A stretch of 64,000 nucleotides of DNA, from positions 14,446,001-14,510,000 of the forward strand of contig NC_042997.1 in assembly GCF_006345805.1 (NCBI RefSeq). Direction: 5' to 3'. The notes beneath the pieces were generated by a model. The model searched no databases and was not told the origin of the DNA. It saw only the letters and a list, made by a program, of their open reading frames with translations. This DNA comes from Octopus sinensis. Lineage: Eukaryota. How positions within the stretch are numbered: the first letter of the stretch is position 1; the number at the start of each line of letters is the position of its first letter. Of this stretch, positions 12,476-26,022 are shown one piece after another. Made by a program: the position numbers and the translations under genes.

Positions 12476-12604
12476 TATTTAAATATATATATAGATATAT
12501 ATAGATATATATAATTATAATTAGGGCTTAGAAAGAAAATTTTCTAGCTTATATGCTGAGAAATAGACACTAAATCGTCTTATTAATAATAATAATTAGT
12601 ATTT

Positions 12605-12645
<41 letters not shown>

Positions 12646-12717
12646 ATGTGTTAAATAAAATGAGACAACAAAGCCAAGGCTGTGTGGAATTTATAGGATA
12701 TTATAAAGAGAAAGGCA

Positions 12718-12767
12718 GTCTTAGAGCTGTTTCTAGGATATTTTGTCGATATCCCTTCATCAGAGAC
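12718..12767 (-). ncRNA. type I hammerhead ribozyme (helix III mismatch)
   Basis: GTCT-CTGATGA-A-GGGATAT(7)ATATCCT-A-GAAA-CAGCTC-TA-AGAC. Confidence 0.65.
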
Positions 12768-13291
12768 GATATATATAGGATAAACATATATATAGTTGAC
12801 TCTATATATAAGGTTGTACAATTGCATAGCGTGTTGAGGACGGTGCATTTGTAAAATATGTTAGACCTTCAGCAACAGGTTTGTAGAGGGCAAATGGTCC
12901 CAGGGCGGTAGTTACATGGTAGTGCATTGTGGGGATTATTCTCAGGAATGGAGGAAGTAATGTTAAGGAGAGGTTAGAGATGGGGGTAGGTTGGTCTATG
13001 TTATTAAGAATATTATTACTATTTTTATCGTTGTAATTCTCTTTTTCTATCGTTTATTCTATTCAACTATTTCTATCGTATGTATATATATATATAAGTA
13101 GTTGAATGAATTATCTTATATGGATAATTCGGTTAACCGATACCTGGGTAGCAAATTCACGTCAGAAAAACACGGTTGAAGTTACATGCCAAGGGCAGAG
13201 ATCACGTGCTTTCGTGTGGGAATTTGTGTGTTTTTTTAATACAAATAACTGAAAGAATGGAGTTGACCGACGATTTAACAAAATTCCTTTA

Positions 13292-13374
13292 TTCTCGACA
13301 TATGTTTCGAAGGCTGCATATTCCTGATTTCGAAGGAATAAGGGGTGCATTATGCCGCTTTCTCATCAGGAAAG
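13292..13374 (-). ncRNA. type I hammerhead ribozyme, extended helix II
   Basis: CTTTC-CTGATGA-GAAAGC..GCCTTC-GAAA-CATATG-TC-GAGAA; inverted homolog of 14293-14375. Confidence 0.7.
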
Positions 13375-14292
13375 ACAAGGAACTTATGTCAGCATAAGTT
13401 TCTTCCGGTACCGATGTCTTCTTCTACATTGGGGCAACTACTTCTAAATTATCCCAGGGGATCTCCAATCATTATTCAACTTTCCGAGATAAGAGAAAAC
13501 AACAAAGCACAGGACTAAGTAAATTAGTTTGGTGTCTTAAGGACAGCAATATAACTTTCAAGCTGGAATGGTCCATATTGTCTGTATCCTTTCCGTTTGA
13601 TAAGGGCAGAAAATTTTGTGGCGTCTGTAATTCCGAACTTTTCCATATATTGCTCGCCAAATTCCCTTTAGTTAATACAATGGTTAAAAAATCCCATAGG
13701 TGCATGCACTGGCAGAAACATACCTTTCACTCATATGAATGATGATTAATATAGATAACCTCCTTGAATTTTATTAATTTGGTTCCATTTATACATCACC
13801 CCCATAGACAAAGTTTTATACTCATAAAGGACTACTACCAAATTCGTTGAGGTATGTTTTACCTTTGTCTCTCTACCTCGCCCTCCCCTCTCTCTATCGT
13901 AAGCACAATCAAACACACAGACACAAACCTGTCACTTCACCACTGTTTGCTTTTGGCATCTACCCAACCACACACACAATCACGCACATACATACACACA
14001 CATAGACACGAATGCAGTTATATACATACACACACATAGGCACTCAATCACAAAAGCAAACAACACATCACCATTCATATGACTTGCACCCTATCACCTT
14101 CCTATTCTTAGATCTCTCCCCTCCAACCTCGTTTGAACCCTTGAACTTTCTAGAATCTTCTACATTCAACCATTTTTGACATCACTGCTTATAACGGAAT
14201 ATTTTAAAGAAACACTCATTATCGCTATGGACTCCGTGTGGGCAGTCATCTAAGAGTTTTTGTTCATCTTGATGCTGACATAAGTTCCTTGT

Positions 14293-14375
14293 TTTTCCTG
14301 ATGAGAAGGCGGCATAATGCACCCCTTATTCCTTCGAAATTAGGAATATGCAGCCTTCGAAACATATGTCGAGAA
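14293..14375 (+). ncRNA. type I hammerhead ribozyme with canonical core and GUC cleavage triplet
   Basis: TTTTC-CTGATGA-GAAGGC..GCCTTC-GAAA-CATATG-TC-GAGAA; palindromic ACATATGT helix III; predicted cut after 14370. Confidence 0.8.
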
Positions 14376-14416
14376 TAAAGGAATTTTGTTAAATCGTCGT
14401 TCAACTCCATTCTTTC

Positions 14417-14482
<66 letters not shown>

Positions 14483-14483
14483 G

Positions 14484-14536
<53 letters not shown>

Positions 14537-14539
<3 letters not shown>

Positions 14540-14850
14540 GGTGAGGCGCAATAGCCCAGTGGTTAGGGCAGCGGACTCGCGGTCGGAGGATAACGGTTTC
14601 GATTCCTAGACCGGGCGTTGTGTGTGTTTATTGAGCGAAAACACCTAAAAGCTCCACGAAGCTCCGACAGAATGGGCGGGGTGGCGACCTCTGTTGTGCT
14701 CTTTCGCCACAACTTTCTCTCACTCTCTCTCTTCCTGTTTCTTGAGTAACGCTGCGATGGACTGCCGTCCCGTCAAGCTGGGGGGAACACATACGCCACA
14801 GAAACCGGGAAACCGGGCCCATGAGCCTGGCTAGGCTTGAAAAGGGCGAC
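14537..14850 (+). mobile_element. SINE with family A head and Deu/Nin-like tail
   Basis: Head as 18-400. Tail GCTGCGATGGACTG(C/G)CGTCCCGTC is shared with 412-450 and resembles the Deu/Nin SINE domain (from memory). Confidence 0.65.
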
Positions 14851-15299
14851 GTTTTTATATATATATATATATAGGTAATGTGTAAGCATAAATAAAAATA
14901 TATCCCCGGTAATTAAAAGCTCCATTAATATTCCTTTCTACAATAGACACAAGGCCAGCAATATCGGGGAAGCGGGGGCTTATCGATTATATCGACCCAG
15001 TACTTAACTGGTACTTATTTTATCGATCCCGGAAAGATGAAAAGCAAAGTCGAATTCGGCGGAATTTGAACTCAGAACGTAAGGACGGACGAAATGGCGC
15101 TAAGCATAGTGCCTGGTGTGCTAACGACTCTGCCAGCTCAACCTTAACAGCTTGGTTAATAACGCATCGTTAAACTCCAGTACATTCGTTTTATTTTGTT
15201 CTCCCTGACTTTCTGTTTCCTTTGTATTTAGATCAATAACGCTTGCCAGATTAACACGTTTTCTCCCTACGATATGGGTAATTCATCACTTTTGCATTA

Positions 15300-15701
15300 A
15301 TTACTCTTTTTACTCTTTTTTACTTGTTTCAGTCATTTGACTGCGGCCATGCTGAAGCACCGCCTTTAGTCGAGCAAATCGACCCCGGGACTTAATCTTT
15401 GTAAGCCCAGTACTTATTCTATCGGTCTTTTTTGCCGAACCGCTAAGTGACGGGAACGTAAACACGCCAGCAATGCTAGGGGGACAAACACAGACACACA
15501 AACATATACACACACATACATACATATATACATATATACGACAGGCTTCTTTCAGTTTCCGTCTACCAAATCCACTCACAAGGCATTGGTCGGCCCGGGG
15601 GTATAGCAGAAGACACTTGCCCAAGATGCCACGCAGTGGGACTGAACCCGTAACCATGTGGTTGGATAGCAAGCTACTTACCACACAGCTACTCCTGCGC
15701 C
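15300..15701 (-). mobile_element. SINE family D (internal TA/TG microsatellite, TAAAAGAG tail)
   Basis: Head GGAGTAGCTGTGTGGTAAGTAGC..GGGTTCAGTCCC; many homologous copies in the window. Confidence 0.85.
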
Positions 15702-16029
15702 TTGATTATTGATTATTTGATTAATTGATTATTTTAGTTATAAATTTATGTAAATAATGATGTTTTATGCCTCGGAAACAGCTGTTGGGCACAGTTTAAT
15801 TATGGACTATATGTGGAATTAATGCTTTCCTGAATTTCATTCTCTCTCCCTTTCGTCTCTCTCTTTTCCTCCCTCCCCCTCTCTCTCTTTCTCTCTCTCT
15901 GTCTCTTTCTCTCTCAACGTGTGTATGTGCGTATGCGCGCGCACGTACAGTCGATACGATTTTAGGAGAACTGATAAATCAACGGAATTAGCAAAATTAT
16001 TGCAAATTCCACCTTCCATTGTTGGACTC

Positions 16030-16740
16030 ACAGAATTGTTACCATGCCGGGAAAATTGCTTAGCAGCATTTCTTCGGACTTTATGTTCTGAGTTCAAATA
16101 CTGCCGGCATCGACTTTGCCATTCATCCTTTCGAAATGCTTAGCGGTTATTTCCCCCGTCGCTACGTTCTGAGTTCACATTCCGCCGAGTTGGACTTTAC
16201 CTTTCATTCTTTCATGGTCGATTAAATAAGTACCAGTTACGAACTAGGGTCGATATAATCGACTTAATCCGTTTGTCTGATCTTGTTTGTCCTCTCTGTG
16301 TTTAGCCCCTTGCGGGTATTAAAGAAATAAATATTTAAAATGGCGGCGAGCCGGCAGAGTCGTTAGCACGCCGGGCGAAATGCTTAGCGGTATTTCGTCT
16401 GCCGCTACGTTGTGAGTTCAAATTCCGCCGAGATCAACTTTGATTTTCATCCTTTCGGAGTCGATTAAATAAGTACCAGTTACGCACTGGTGTCGATATA
16501 ATCGACTTAATCCGTTTGTCTGTCCTTGTTTGTCCCCTCTGTGTGTAGCCCCTTGTGGGCAGTAAAGAAATAGGTATTTCACCGGTCGCTACGTTATGAG
16601 TTCACATTCGGCCGAGGTGGACTTTACCTTTCATCCTTTCAGGCTCGATAAACGTACCAGTTGTGTACTGGGATCGATGTAATCGATAATCTCCTCCCCA
16701 AAATTTCAGGCCTTGTACCTATTAGTAGAAACAAGTATCT
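16030..16740 (+). mobile_element. cluster/multimer of SINE family C
   Basis: Repeated heads and bodies, ending in the alternative CCTCCCCAAAATTTCAGGCCTTGT tail. Confidence 0.8.
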
Positions 16741-17881
16741 AATATCATATGATAAATATCCGGGTGCTATCTCTAAGAGATAACACTAAGGTAAACAGAG
16801 ACACCATAACTGCTTTCATAGACCCATAAATCTATTGGCCTACTTTTATTACTTGTGCTGATTTGCTGAAGCGAAGCTTATCTAAAGCCAAACAATACAA
16901 ATGACTCTAAAAATTTGATTTTCTTAATCTTTGTTGCCATTGTGTAAGTTATTTGTAAACCTTGATACGGATGTAACCATATCGAGTTGTTTGGTGGAGT
17001 AGTTTGTACACAAATGAAACAATATTATTTCAGTGGTTGTTGGAAAAGGCGGATTCAAAAAAAAAAAAACATGCATTTTAATTCTCTTTATTCCGTGTCC
17101 AAATCATTCTCGTATTGCCTTACCTGCTCTCTCTCTCTCTCTCTGATAGTTTAATTGAATAAGTGTCCAATATAGCTTCAGATGTAGACCTTCTAATACA
17201 CCCCCCTCACACACTATGTTAATCTGGTGTTCCTCTGTAGCGTAAATGCAGGTGAAGTGGTAGAGGTGCAGGGCGGTTCGTCTCGGGCGATTATTTTAGG
17301 GGGAGCAGCACTTTTGGGTTTGCTGTTTATAAACCTGTGTAGGTTTAGGTGCCCGGTGGGGGTGGTAAATTTCAAGACCTGTCTCTAAGGAACCCAATAT
17401 ACGAACAATCTCTCTCAAATAATTCTACCATCTTAATTTAGGTACATGGTCTGAAATTTGAGACGAAATGTTAGTCGATTATATCGATTCTAATACTTAA
17501 CTGCTACTTTATTTTTTTTAACCACAAAAGGATGTAAGACCAATATGATCCTTGAGTTGTTTGAACTCTAGACGCAAAGAGGTGGGGATAAAATACTGCG
17601 TGGTATCGACGGAATCGGTGGACCGATTATGCTACTTCATTGCCATTCCTTTGTCTGTTATCATTTACTTGTTTCAGTCATTAGACTGAGGCCTGGTGCG
17701 ACACCGCCTTCAAGAATTTTTTAAACAAATCAATCGACCATAATATTAATTTTTTTAAAGCCTGGTTCTTATTTTATTAATTTCTTTTGCTGACCGCTAA
17801 GTTACGTGAGTGACAATGGTTTATCAAGAAGTGGTGGGAAACAAGCATAAACACAAAGGCACACACACACACACATGTATA

Positions 17882-18305
17882 TCTATTATATGAAATCCGT
17901 TCTGTCTGTCTGTCTGTTTGTGTGTCTTCTCGAATCTCGGGCATCCTCCATCCGATTACGCTCAGATTTGATATGTAAATACCGAGGGTATCAGGGCGTG
18001 TATAAGTCTTGAAAATATTATAAAAATCGATTCCAGGTGAGAATGAGATCGATAAAGCCGTTTTTGTCCTGCTTTTCTTCTGTGAACCTGTACATAAATG
18101 CACCTTCCATTTTTTGTTGTTTTTGTACTGCTTAAAGGCACATTTCTTTCCTGCCAAGCTTACTGTTTAAACCATGTTTGTGTTCTCCCAGTCAACAGCC
18201 TTATCATTACTGGTACTTTAAACTCTCCGGTTGCATATTTGTGTGAATAAAATCGTTTTTCTTTGGAACAGGAAAAAAGTCTATCTTTATTTCTTCTTTT
18301 GCTAG
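17882..18305 (+). mobile_element. possible non-autonomous Helitron remnant
   Basis: A^TCTATTATATGAAA..(TCTG)n start as in the other Helitrons; CTAG^T at 18302 but no clear hairpin. Confidence 0.35.
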
Positions 18306-18440
18306 TGTCTCAAATTTAGGTTAAATCAGTGTTTCTCAAAGGGGAGGCCTATGGGACGGTCGGTCAAGTTGTTTTGGGAAAATTTGGTTTAAATGTTTGA
18401 CAACTCAGCACCATCCATTGGAGAGGGGGGGCGTTTTGCT

Positions 18441-18472
<32 letters not shown>

Positions 18473-19466
18473 CGATGGGCATCTTTCAGCTTTCGTGTGG
18501 TTGGGAAGCAAGCTTCTTACCACGCACAAATAATTTAGAGGACAAGTCCAGCAATTTGGTGGAGATAGTGTTATGATATATTTATACTATCGACACCCGT
18601 ACCTAACCGGTTCTTTAGTTTATCGACCTCGAAAGAATGAAAAGCAAAATTGGGCACCGTGAGATTTGAACACTGGACGTAAAGAGACAAAAGAAATTCT
18701 GCAACGTATTTTCCAGCATTAACGATTCTGCCGAGGTACAGAAATCTCAGTTAAAATTGGAATTATGCAATGCAGTTCAGAGAAGAAATATTTGATATTT
18801 GGCAGATGCAGGTTGAGAAGGTAGAGTGTCGAACAAAATGCTTTGCAGGAATTATTTGAGGCTTTTTAAGTCACAAGTTCAAATCTCTGTCTTGGTGCGG
18901 TAAATGTAACTGATGTTCAGTTTGAAATTATGCTGAATGATCCCAGGGGCAATAACTTAAAACACGTTGTGAGTTCTAGAATATTGAATCACTTTATAGT
19001 ATAGTGTGAACAAAATGTTTAGTGTGGGTTTCGTGGGATGAACATGTATTATTTAGACCTGAGTATACATATATTAGTTAGACTTGAGCGGTAGTAATAC
19101 GGTTCGTTAGATCACAGGAGAAAGTTGGATCTGAGTAGCAGAGACGGTGAGCTTGGAATATAACGTACCGTTTTCAGTTTCACAAAGGAAATGCTCATTT
19201 TCTCTGGGGTCTTTTCACAAGTAATTTATTTATCAACTTTCTGTTTGCTGGTGTTTTACCACAACGTTTAACTTTCATTTTATCTAAGACTGTTGCTTTT
19301 TTTCTGAATAGAAGCAATAGAAATGTCATAGACGGGAGACAGAACAAAGGAGGTAAGAGATAAAACGTCGGCGGACTCAATGCGTTTTATTATTTCATAG
19401 ATTTTCTATTCCATGATATAAGATATTTTGAGTTATAGCAAATTACACATATTAACTTGGTTATAT

Positions 19467-19856
19467 ATTTCTTTATTGCCCACAAGGGGCTAAACATAGA
19501 GGGGACAAACAAGGACAGACAAAGGGATTAAGTCGATTACATCGATCCCAGTGCGAAACTGGTACTTTATTTATCGACTCCGAAAGGATGAAGGCAAAGT
19601 CGACCTCGGCGGAATTTGAACTCAGAACGTAACGACAGACGAAATACCTATTTCTTTACTACCCACAAGGGGCTAAACATAGAGAGGACAAACAAGGACG
19701 GACAAAGGTATTAAGTCGATTACATCGACCCCAGTGTGTAACTGGTACTTAATTTATCGACCCCGAAAGGATGAAAGGCAAAGTCGACCTCGGCGGAATT
19801 CGAACTCAGAATGTAACGGCAGACAAAATACCGCTAAGCATTTCGCCCGGCGCGCT
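19467..19856 (-). mobile_element. SINE family C dimer
   Basis: Two tandem bodies joined at GAAATA|GGTATTTCGTC. Confidence 0.85.
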
Positions 19857-20755
19857 TTTTAAAGATAATGGATTTATGATAGAAAAGAGGCTTGTGTATG
19901 TATATTTCCTTCAGCATTTATTTTAATTTTTTTTTCCTTTTGTATAATTCAGTCCAATCACTAACCAGGTAGTAAGGGCTCTTTTACTCATTCCAAGACA
20001 GCTCTTTGAGTTTGAAGTTACCTGGATCTGTTATTGTACGTGTGTTCGTGTTCATAAATGTATTACGTATGTATATGCGTCATGTCGTTCGTGAGCATTA
20101 CAAGGAACGTGTAATCCTATACTTGTCACGTGTTCGGGGTGTTGGCTGCCAAACTGACACATCCTATTCCAGGCTAGCCAGGTGGGAAAGTTTGCCAGAA
20201 ATCCAGCTTAACAAAAACGATACCTATTAAAACAGCGACTGAATCCAGTTTGGGCACAACAATTACATAAGAAATAGTGCAGAAACTTGAATTCCGGCTT
20301 GGTGTCTTACAAACTGTAAAACCGCTGATACCCCTTATCTTACCCTGATATAAATCCCGCTCTACAGGGGATGGGCTTTACCATTTGGGTCTCCCCAGTG
20401 ACAGCTAAAGTTCATAATTCTCTCTTACTCTATCCACGAGACTGTAACCTTTATTGACACAAAGTCTCATTCTTCAGTTCGTTTCTGGATCATGCTAACA
20501 GAACGTTGGAACTTTGTAAGTTGTTGTACATGCCCGATTAAACCCAGAATTCTGCATGAGCATTGCTGACACTCCGTTGACTAGTGATGGTCTTCTTTGC
20601 TGACGAGTAGGAAAATCTTGTTTTTCAAATTACAGGATGCATCAAGCATACTTGGTAGGATTGCTAGTTTAGTTAGTGACTACGTGGTCATACAACAGGA
20701 TGTGCTGCGTTAAATTCTACCAATAGCAATCACGAACGACTTGAAACTCATTTAC

Positions 20756-20952
20756 ATACATACCACACATGTATGTATGTATGTATGTATGTATGTAGGT
20801 AGGTAGGTATGTATGTATGTATGTATGTATGTATGTATGTATGTATGCATGTATGTATGTATGTATGTATGTATGTATGTATGTATATGTGATACACTGA
20901 CGATATATAGATATATATATATATACATGCACACGCATACACACACACACAA

Positions 20953-21048
<96 letters not shown>
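20756..21048. repeat. compound (TATG)n/(CA)n/(TA)n microsatellite
   Basis: Directly visible. Confidence 0.95.
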
Positions 21049-21050
<2 letters not shown>

Positions 21051-21223
21051 ATAAGAAAATGGAGGGGATCAAGAGATGGTATTCATCAACTTTTAGACAT
21101 TATATTATGTTTATTTATTTAAAAAAAATTTTTTTTTTTAATATTCATACATGTATAACAGATAATACTTTACATAACACTAATTATTAAAATATATAAC
21201 GTAAAACGTAGAAAGCAGAATAG

Positions 21224-21288
21224 TTTCTTACAGCTGTTTCAGCGAAGAGGTCATAGTACACCACTTTAGCTCCATCCCTTCAGTGAAA
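21224..21288 (-). ncRNA. decayed hammerhead relic
   Basis: TTTCA-CTGAAGG..GAAA-CAGCTG-TA-AGAAA; core mutated. Confidence 0.4.
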
Positions 21289-21379
21289 TGAAGTATTTGT
21301 TAGATAAAATTAAGGCGCATGGGTGTGCCGCTGGGCTTCGTCAAGAGTTTAGAAAGTTCATAATTTTAAGTTATGAATA

Positions 21380-21534
21380 TAAGTACATACATATATACAC
21401 ACTTCAACATATACATATATATACATAAACACATAACCTATATAATTATATATAATATATTTATATATATATATATATATACATATATATTATATATACA
21501 CACATATATATTATATATATATATAATATATACC

Positions 21535-21605
<71 letters not shown>

Positions 21606-21635
21606 TATATATATATACAATATATATATACATAA

Positions 21636-21667
<32 letters not shown>

Positions 21668-21835
21668 CCACACACATTATATTATATATATATACACATA
21701 TATATATATATACATATATATAATATATAATATATACACATATATATATATGCTATATATATATACATATATAATATACACATAATATATATACATATAT
21801 CTATGCATACATATATGTATATATATATATATAGG
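21380..21835. repeat. degenerate (TA)n tract
   Basis: Directly visible. Confidence 0.95.
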
Positions 21836-21879
21836 TACGTCTAAATCAAATATCAATTATCAGATAATACTCAATCACA

Positions 21880-22130
21880 TACTTTATTAAACCACCACAT
21901 AAGAGGAACTCTTCTGGGTTAAGTACGTATATCTGGGAACTCAAGAGTAAAAACATAGATTTTAAATTAGATTGGGAAATACTAACATCTGCACCTGTAT
22001 ACAACAGTAGAAATAAAAAATGCTCTTTATATATCAATGAAATTTTCTTCATCATCAAAGCCGGCCAACCCATTATTAACAGCATTAATGAGCGAAATTT
22101 TTTTTTGCCTTCACAAATTGGCGTACACTT
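21880..22130 (+). pseudogene. Penelope-like element GIY-YIG endonuclease C-terminal relic
   Basis: Translation from 21904: RNSSGLSTYIWELKSKNIDFKLDWEILTSAPVYNSRNKKCSLYINEIFFII, then a frameshifted CLHK. Matches the PLE pattern LSKYIWELK..W.IL..Y..C.LC..E..CRH as recalled. Confidence 0.7.
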
Positions 22131-23995
22131 TCTCTAGATTTAAATAACATCTAATTCTTCTACCAGTAATCTTTTAGCATTCCTCTATGTAGGACGGTAT
22201 TATTGGTCCTTACAATTTATAATTTATAACTTTGTGTCTCCATGTATGTTTTCTATATTGATTGTTTCTGTCCCGACTGAAAAATATACAAAAATATATA
22301 GTTATTCTGATATATGCATGATATTCAGAACCCCACAAAGTCTTTTATCTGTGTAGGGTGTATAAGCGCATCATATCTTAGGGCACCAGTTTGAGTTTTG
22401 CTATACCAATATGTAATATGTGAGAGTCTATAATTAGTATTAGTTGTTTATCCCGATGAGCATATAAGTTTTTTTTTTTTTTACGGTTGGATGTTGGGGG
22501 TTGTTGTATTTCTGCTGCACAAGCATGGGCTCGGGTGGCGCTGCACCGGAGTTTGTGCGTCCGCGCATGTGCATCAACGTGTGCACTCTCGCGCGCTGCG
22601 CTTGCGGACATTCGCGTGTACTTGTACGCGTGTTCTGGTGTGCATCTCGGTGATCGTGCGTGCGGGAGCGACGTGTGCGTGTGGGCCCGGCCAAGAATTC
22701 ACGTGTCCGTGCGAGGGCGTGCATGCTCATGTATGTGCATGTGGGTGCATTTCGGCGTATCCACTTATATTTACTATATTAGGTTTATCTTTGTGCTCTT
22801 CTTAATTTGTAGTCCATTTTATTTATCTATTTATCTATACATGGATATATATATATATATATATATATATTTAATTATTTATGTTTGTTTATTTGGCACT
22901 TACTAACTTATAATTAATTTAATTTAATTTATAATTAATGAACTTATATCTAAGTTAATAGTAACTTCTGTTTACTTTTTGTGTATGTATATATACGTCT
23001 TTGGATGGGCAGACATATATATATTTAATTTATGATTTAGTGGTGTGGGTTGAGGTGTCGAGGTGTATGAAAATGTGTATGTATACGTATGTATGTTTTT
23101 GTACGTATAGGTATGTTCGTGGGTGGATGTACGGATGTATGTTTTTCTTGTACATATGAGTACGCAGGTGCGTATTTGGATGTGTATATATGTATATGCA
23201 AATATTTATTCATGGGTGGATATAAGTATAGGTTTTATTTGTACGTATGAGTGCGCAGACATATATTTAAATATGTATATATATGTGTGTGCTAATGTTC
23301 CCAGATACAGTATATGAGATTGTATTAATATCTATGAGTATATGCGGATGTGCGTGTGAGTGTGTGTGTTAGTGTATAGACACTGCGGCCGGTACTGATT
23401 TATCTATAAGCCATGCGATGACAGACATGCACTCTGCAATCTAGTGAATGTGTAGCGATGTGTCGGGGTTTACTCATGTGTGTGTGCATGTGTGTGTGGG
23501 TCTTTATGTGGACGTGTCGGTTTAGGGTTGGATGGGGATGTGTATGTTTTTCTTGTGTGGTGGGGGGCGGCTCTCAACGGACCAACCATTAGAAGCAATG
23601 ATATTTAAATTCAAATCCATAGTGTATTTATATCATAAGGGAAAATTACTAAATGGAACCCGGACATACATATGTGCCACTTTGGATCCTAACGTAAGCG
23701 ATATTAACAATATTATGAATGATAATGATTGTAGCATAATGGTATTGACAACGATAATGATGCTAACTTTATGACATTTGGAAATTATAGGAAGTAATAT
23801 AATGTACTATTGACTATGTATATTTGCATCTAGGTACTAATATGTGTATGTTTATTATCACAATATTAAGTTGAAAAACGAAACATTGAATGTGGAACAA
23901 TATATGTTTACTAATTATATTAATTATTACATTATTATGTATATGTATATTTTTAATGTATAGGAGTGTGAGTATATGCACTCATATGTATATGT

Positions 23996-24126
23996 ATATC
24001 TCCGAAAGAGGCCTTATGATACTTTTGTAAATGTCTCATTTATATCCATATATTGACTTACCATAAAAGGCTAATATTGGTAAAATGAGACATACATATC
24101 TACATGGCCGAAACAGCTGTAAGATG
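23996..24126 (+). ncRNA. decayed hammerhead with about 100-nt helix II insert
   Basis: ATCT-CCGAAAGA-GGCC..GGCC-GAAA-CAGCTG-TA-AGAT. Confidence 0.45.
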
Positions 24127-24539
24127 TAATCTATACTTATATTTATATTAGCTTAATTTATATCTCTTTTTTATATATATATTCTACTTATTATACAACA
24201 TTACTCTTTTATGTACACTTTTTATGTACATTCCCTTTGTGTACACTGATTTGTTCTGCTTTTTTATGTTTAACCCTACAGTCTCTTATGTGGTGGTTTA
24301 ATTAAGTATTGATTGAGTATTATCTGAATATTTGATATTTGATTTAGATGTATTTCTCCATTTTCTTATCTTGTATTAGTAATTTGTGGTAAATCATTTT
24401 ACCTTTGCCCATATGATATAGTAAATGAATTGATTGCATCGCAATCCTTAACATTTATGTATTAACTTGTTGGGTACTTCACTAGCAGTATTTGGATATA
24501 TGTTATCCCATGGAGGGTGGCATTTACAACCCCTATCTC

Positions 24540-24565
24540 AATTTGTATATATATATTATGATATG

Positions 24566-24612
<47 letters not shown>

Positions 24613-24996
24613 ATATATATGTATACATATATATTGTATATATATATATATATATGATGTATATATATATATATGTATACATATATATGTATATATAATA
24701 TGCATACATATATATATATATGTATATATATATATGTATATAGTGTATATATATATGTATTATGTATATATGTAATACGTACGTATATGGTTATATATGT
24801 ATATATATAATATATATATGTTATTGTATATTGTATATATATGTGTGTATATATATATGTATATATATATTGTGTATATATATCATGTATATATATATGT
24901 GTATATATATGTATATATATATGTATATATATGTATATATATATGTATATTATATATATGTATACATATATATATATATGTATATATATATGCATA
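24540..24996. repeat. degenerate (TA)n/(TATG)n tract
   Basis: Directly visible. Confidence 0.95.
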
Positions 24997-26022
24997 TCTT
25001 TATATATATAAAACTGAGAATGTGTGTCTGTCTGTCTGTCTGTGTGTGTGTGTGTTTCCCTAAAACTTGAGAACTACACAACTAATTTCATTCAAATTTT
25101 ACACATGCCTTACTTAGGGTCCATGTAGTTTCATGGGCAAAAGAAATGTTCAACTTCTTGCCTAGAGCGAGCCCATAGCAATATAATATCTTCTCCACTA
25201 TTTCAGTATTACCTGTTAAAAGTGAAGCAAAACGTTTCTCTATTTTATGTCAGATACTTTCACTTTAACAATAAAAATAATAACAATTGAATTATATGTA
25301 GTAAGTAATAATTTAAACCAAACTAAAGTAAAATGACAAAAGTAAAAATAGCAATTGGTATAAAATTGCATCAATGATTTGAACTTGAATAAGTGGTTTC
25401 ACATGAATGGGAATAAATTAAAAATAAAATTAGCGTGCAGAAATGGAATAGTCCAGATGGATAATAAAAAATTAAATTAAAGAAAAGACTATTGTCTATA
25501 AAGTATACAATGTAGAGAAAAAAGAATATTTGAACACATTGAGGAAAGCACCTTCGTAAAGTGTCTTGGTGCGACTATGAAAGGTTCCATCTTTCTAATC
25601 AGAGGCGGTAAATTCGCCACAATAGAAGCAAGGTTCGAGTCAACGGAACGTGCAAGGGAGTACTCGACTCGAACTTGCAAAGTGGAAATATTTTATTTTT
25701 ACTTTTATATCTGGGACGTAGGACGTCCCGGAAAAACATTTTAAATGCTCCCCCCCCCACCCCGAAGTAGAGATGGGCTGGATTGTAGCCACACTTGTAT
25801 ACAAGAGGGAGAACAAGATACAATTGATCGAAATTACAAGAGACGGGCTAACAATTCCAGTCTGTTATATACTTTGAGTATTGTTATCACTAGCGATATC
25901 AAGATATAACTTTGTATTTTGTATTTTATGTGTAGATGTATATATATAGAAGTACATGTAATATGTACACATATATACGTGCTCTAGCACTATGACCCGC
26001 AACGACGGGTCTTTAATGCTAG
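24997..26022 (+). mobile_element. about 1-kb non-autonomous Helitron inserted in TA microsatellite
   Basis: A^TCTTTATATATATAAAA start; hairpin GACCCG-CAACGA-CGGGTC 7 nt before CTAG^T. Confidence 0.75.

Noticed and set aside
19990-20700. Moderately GC-rich unique stretch as exon or LTR relic
   Set aside because: All frames are interrupted and no motif was recognised.
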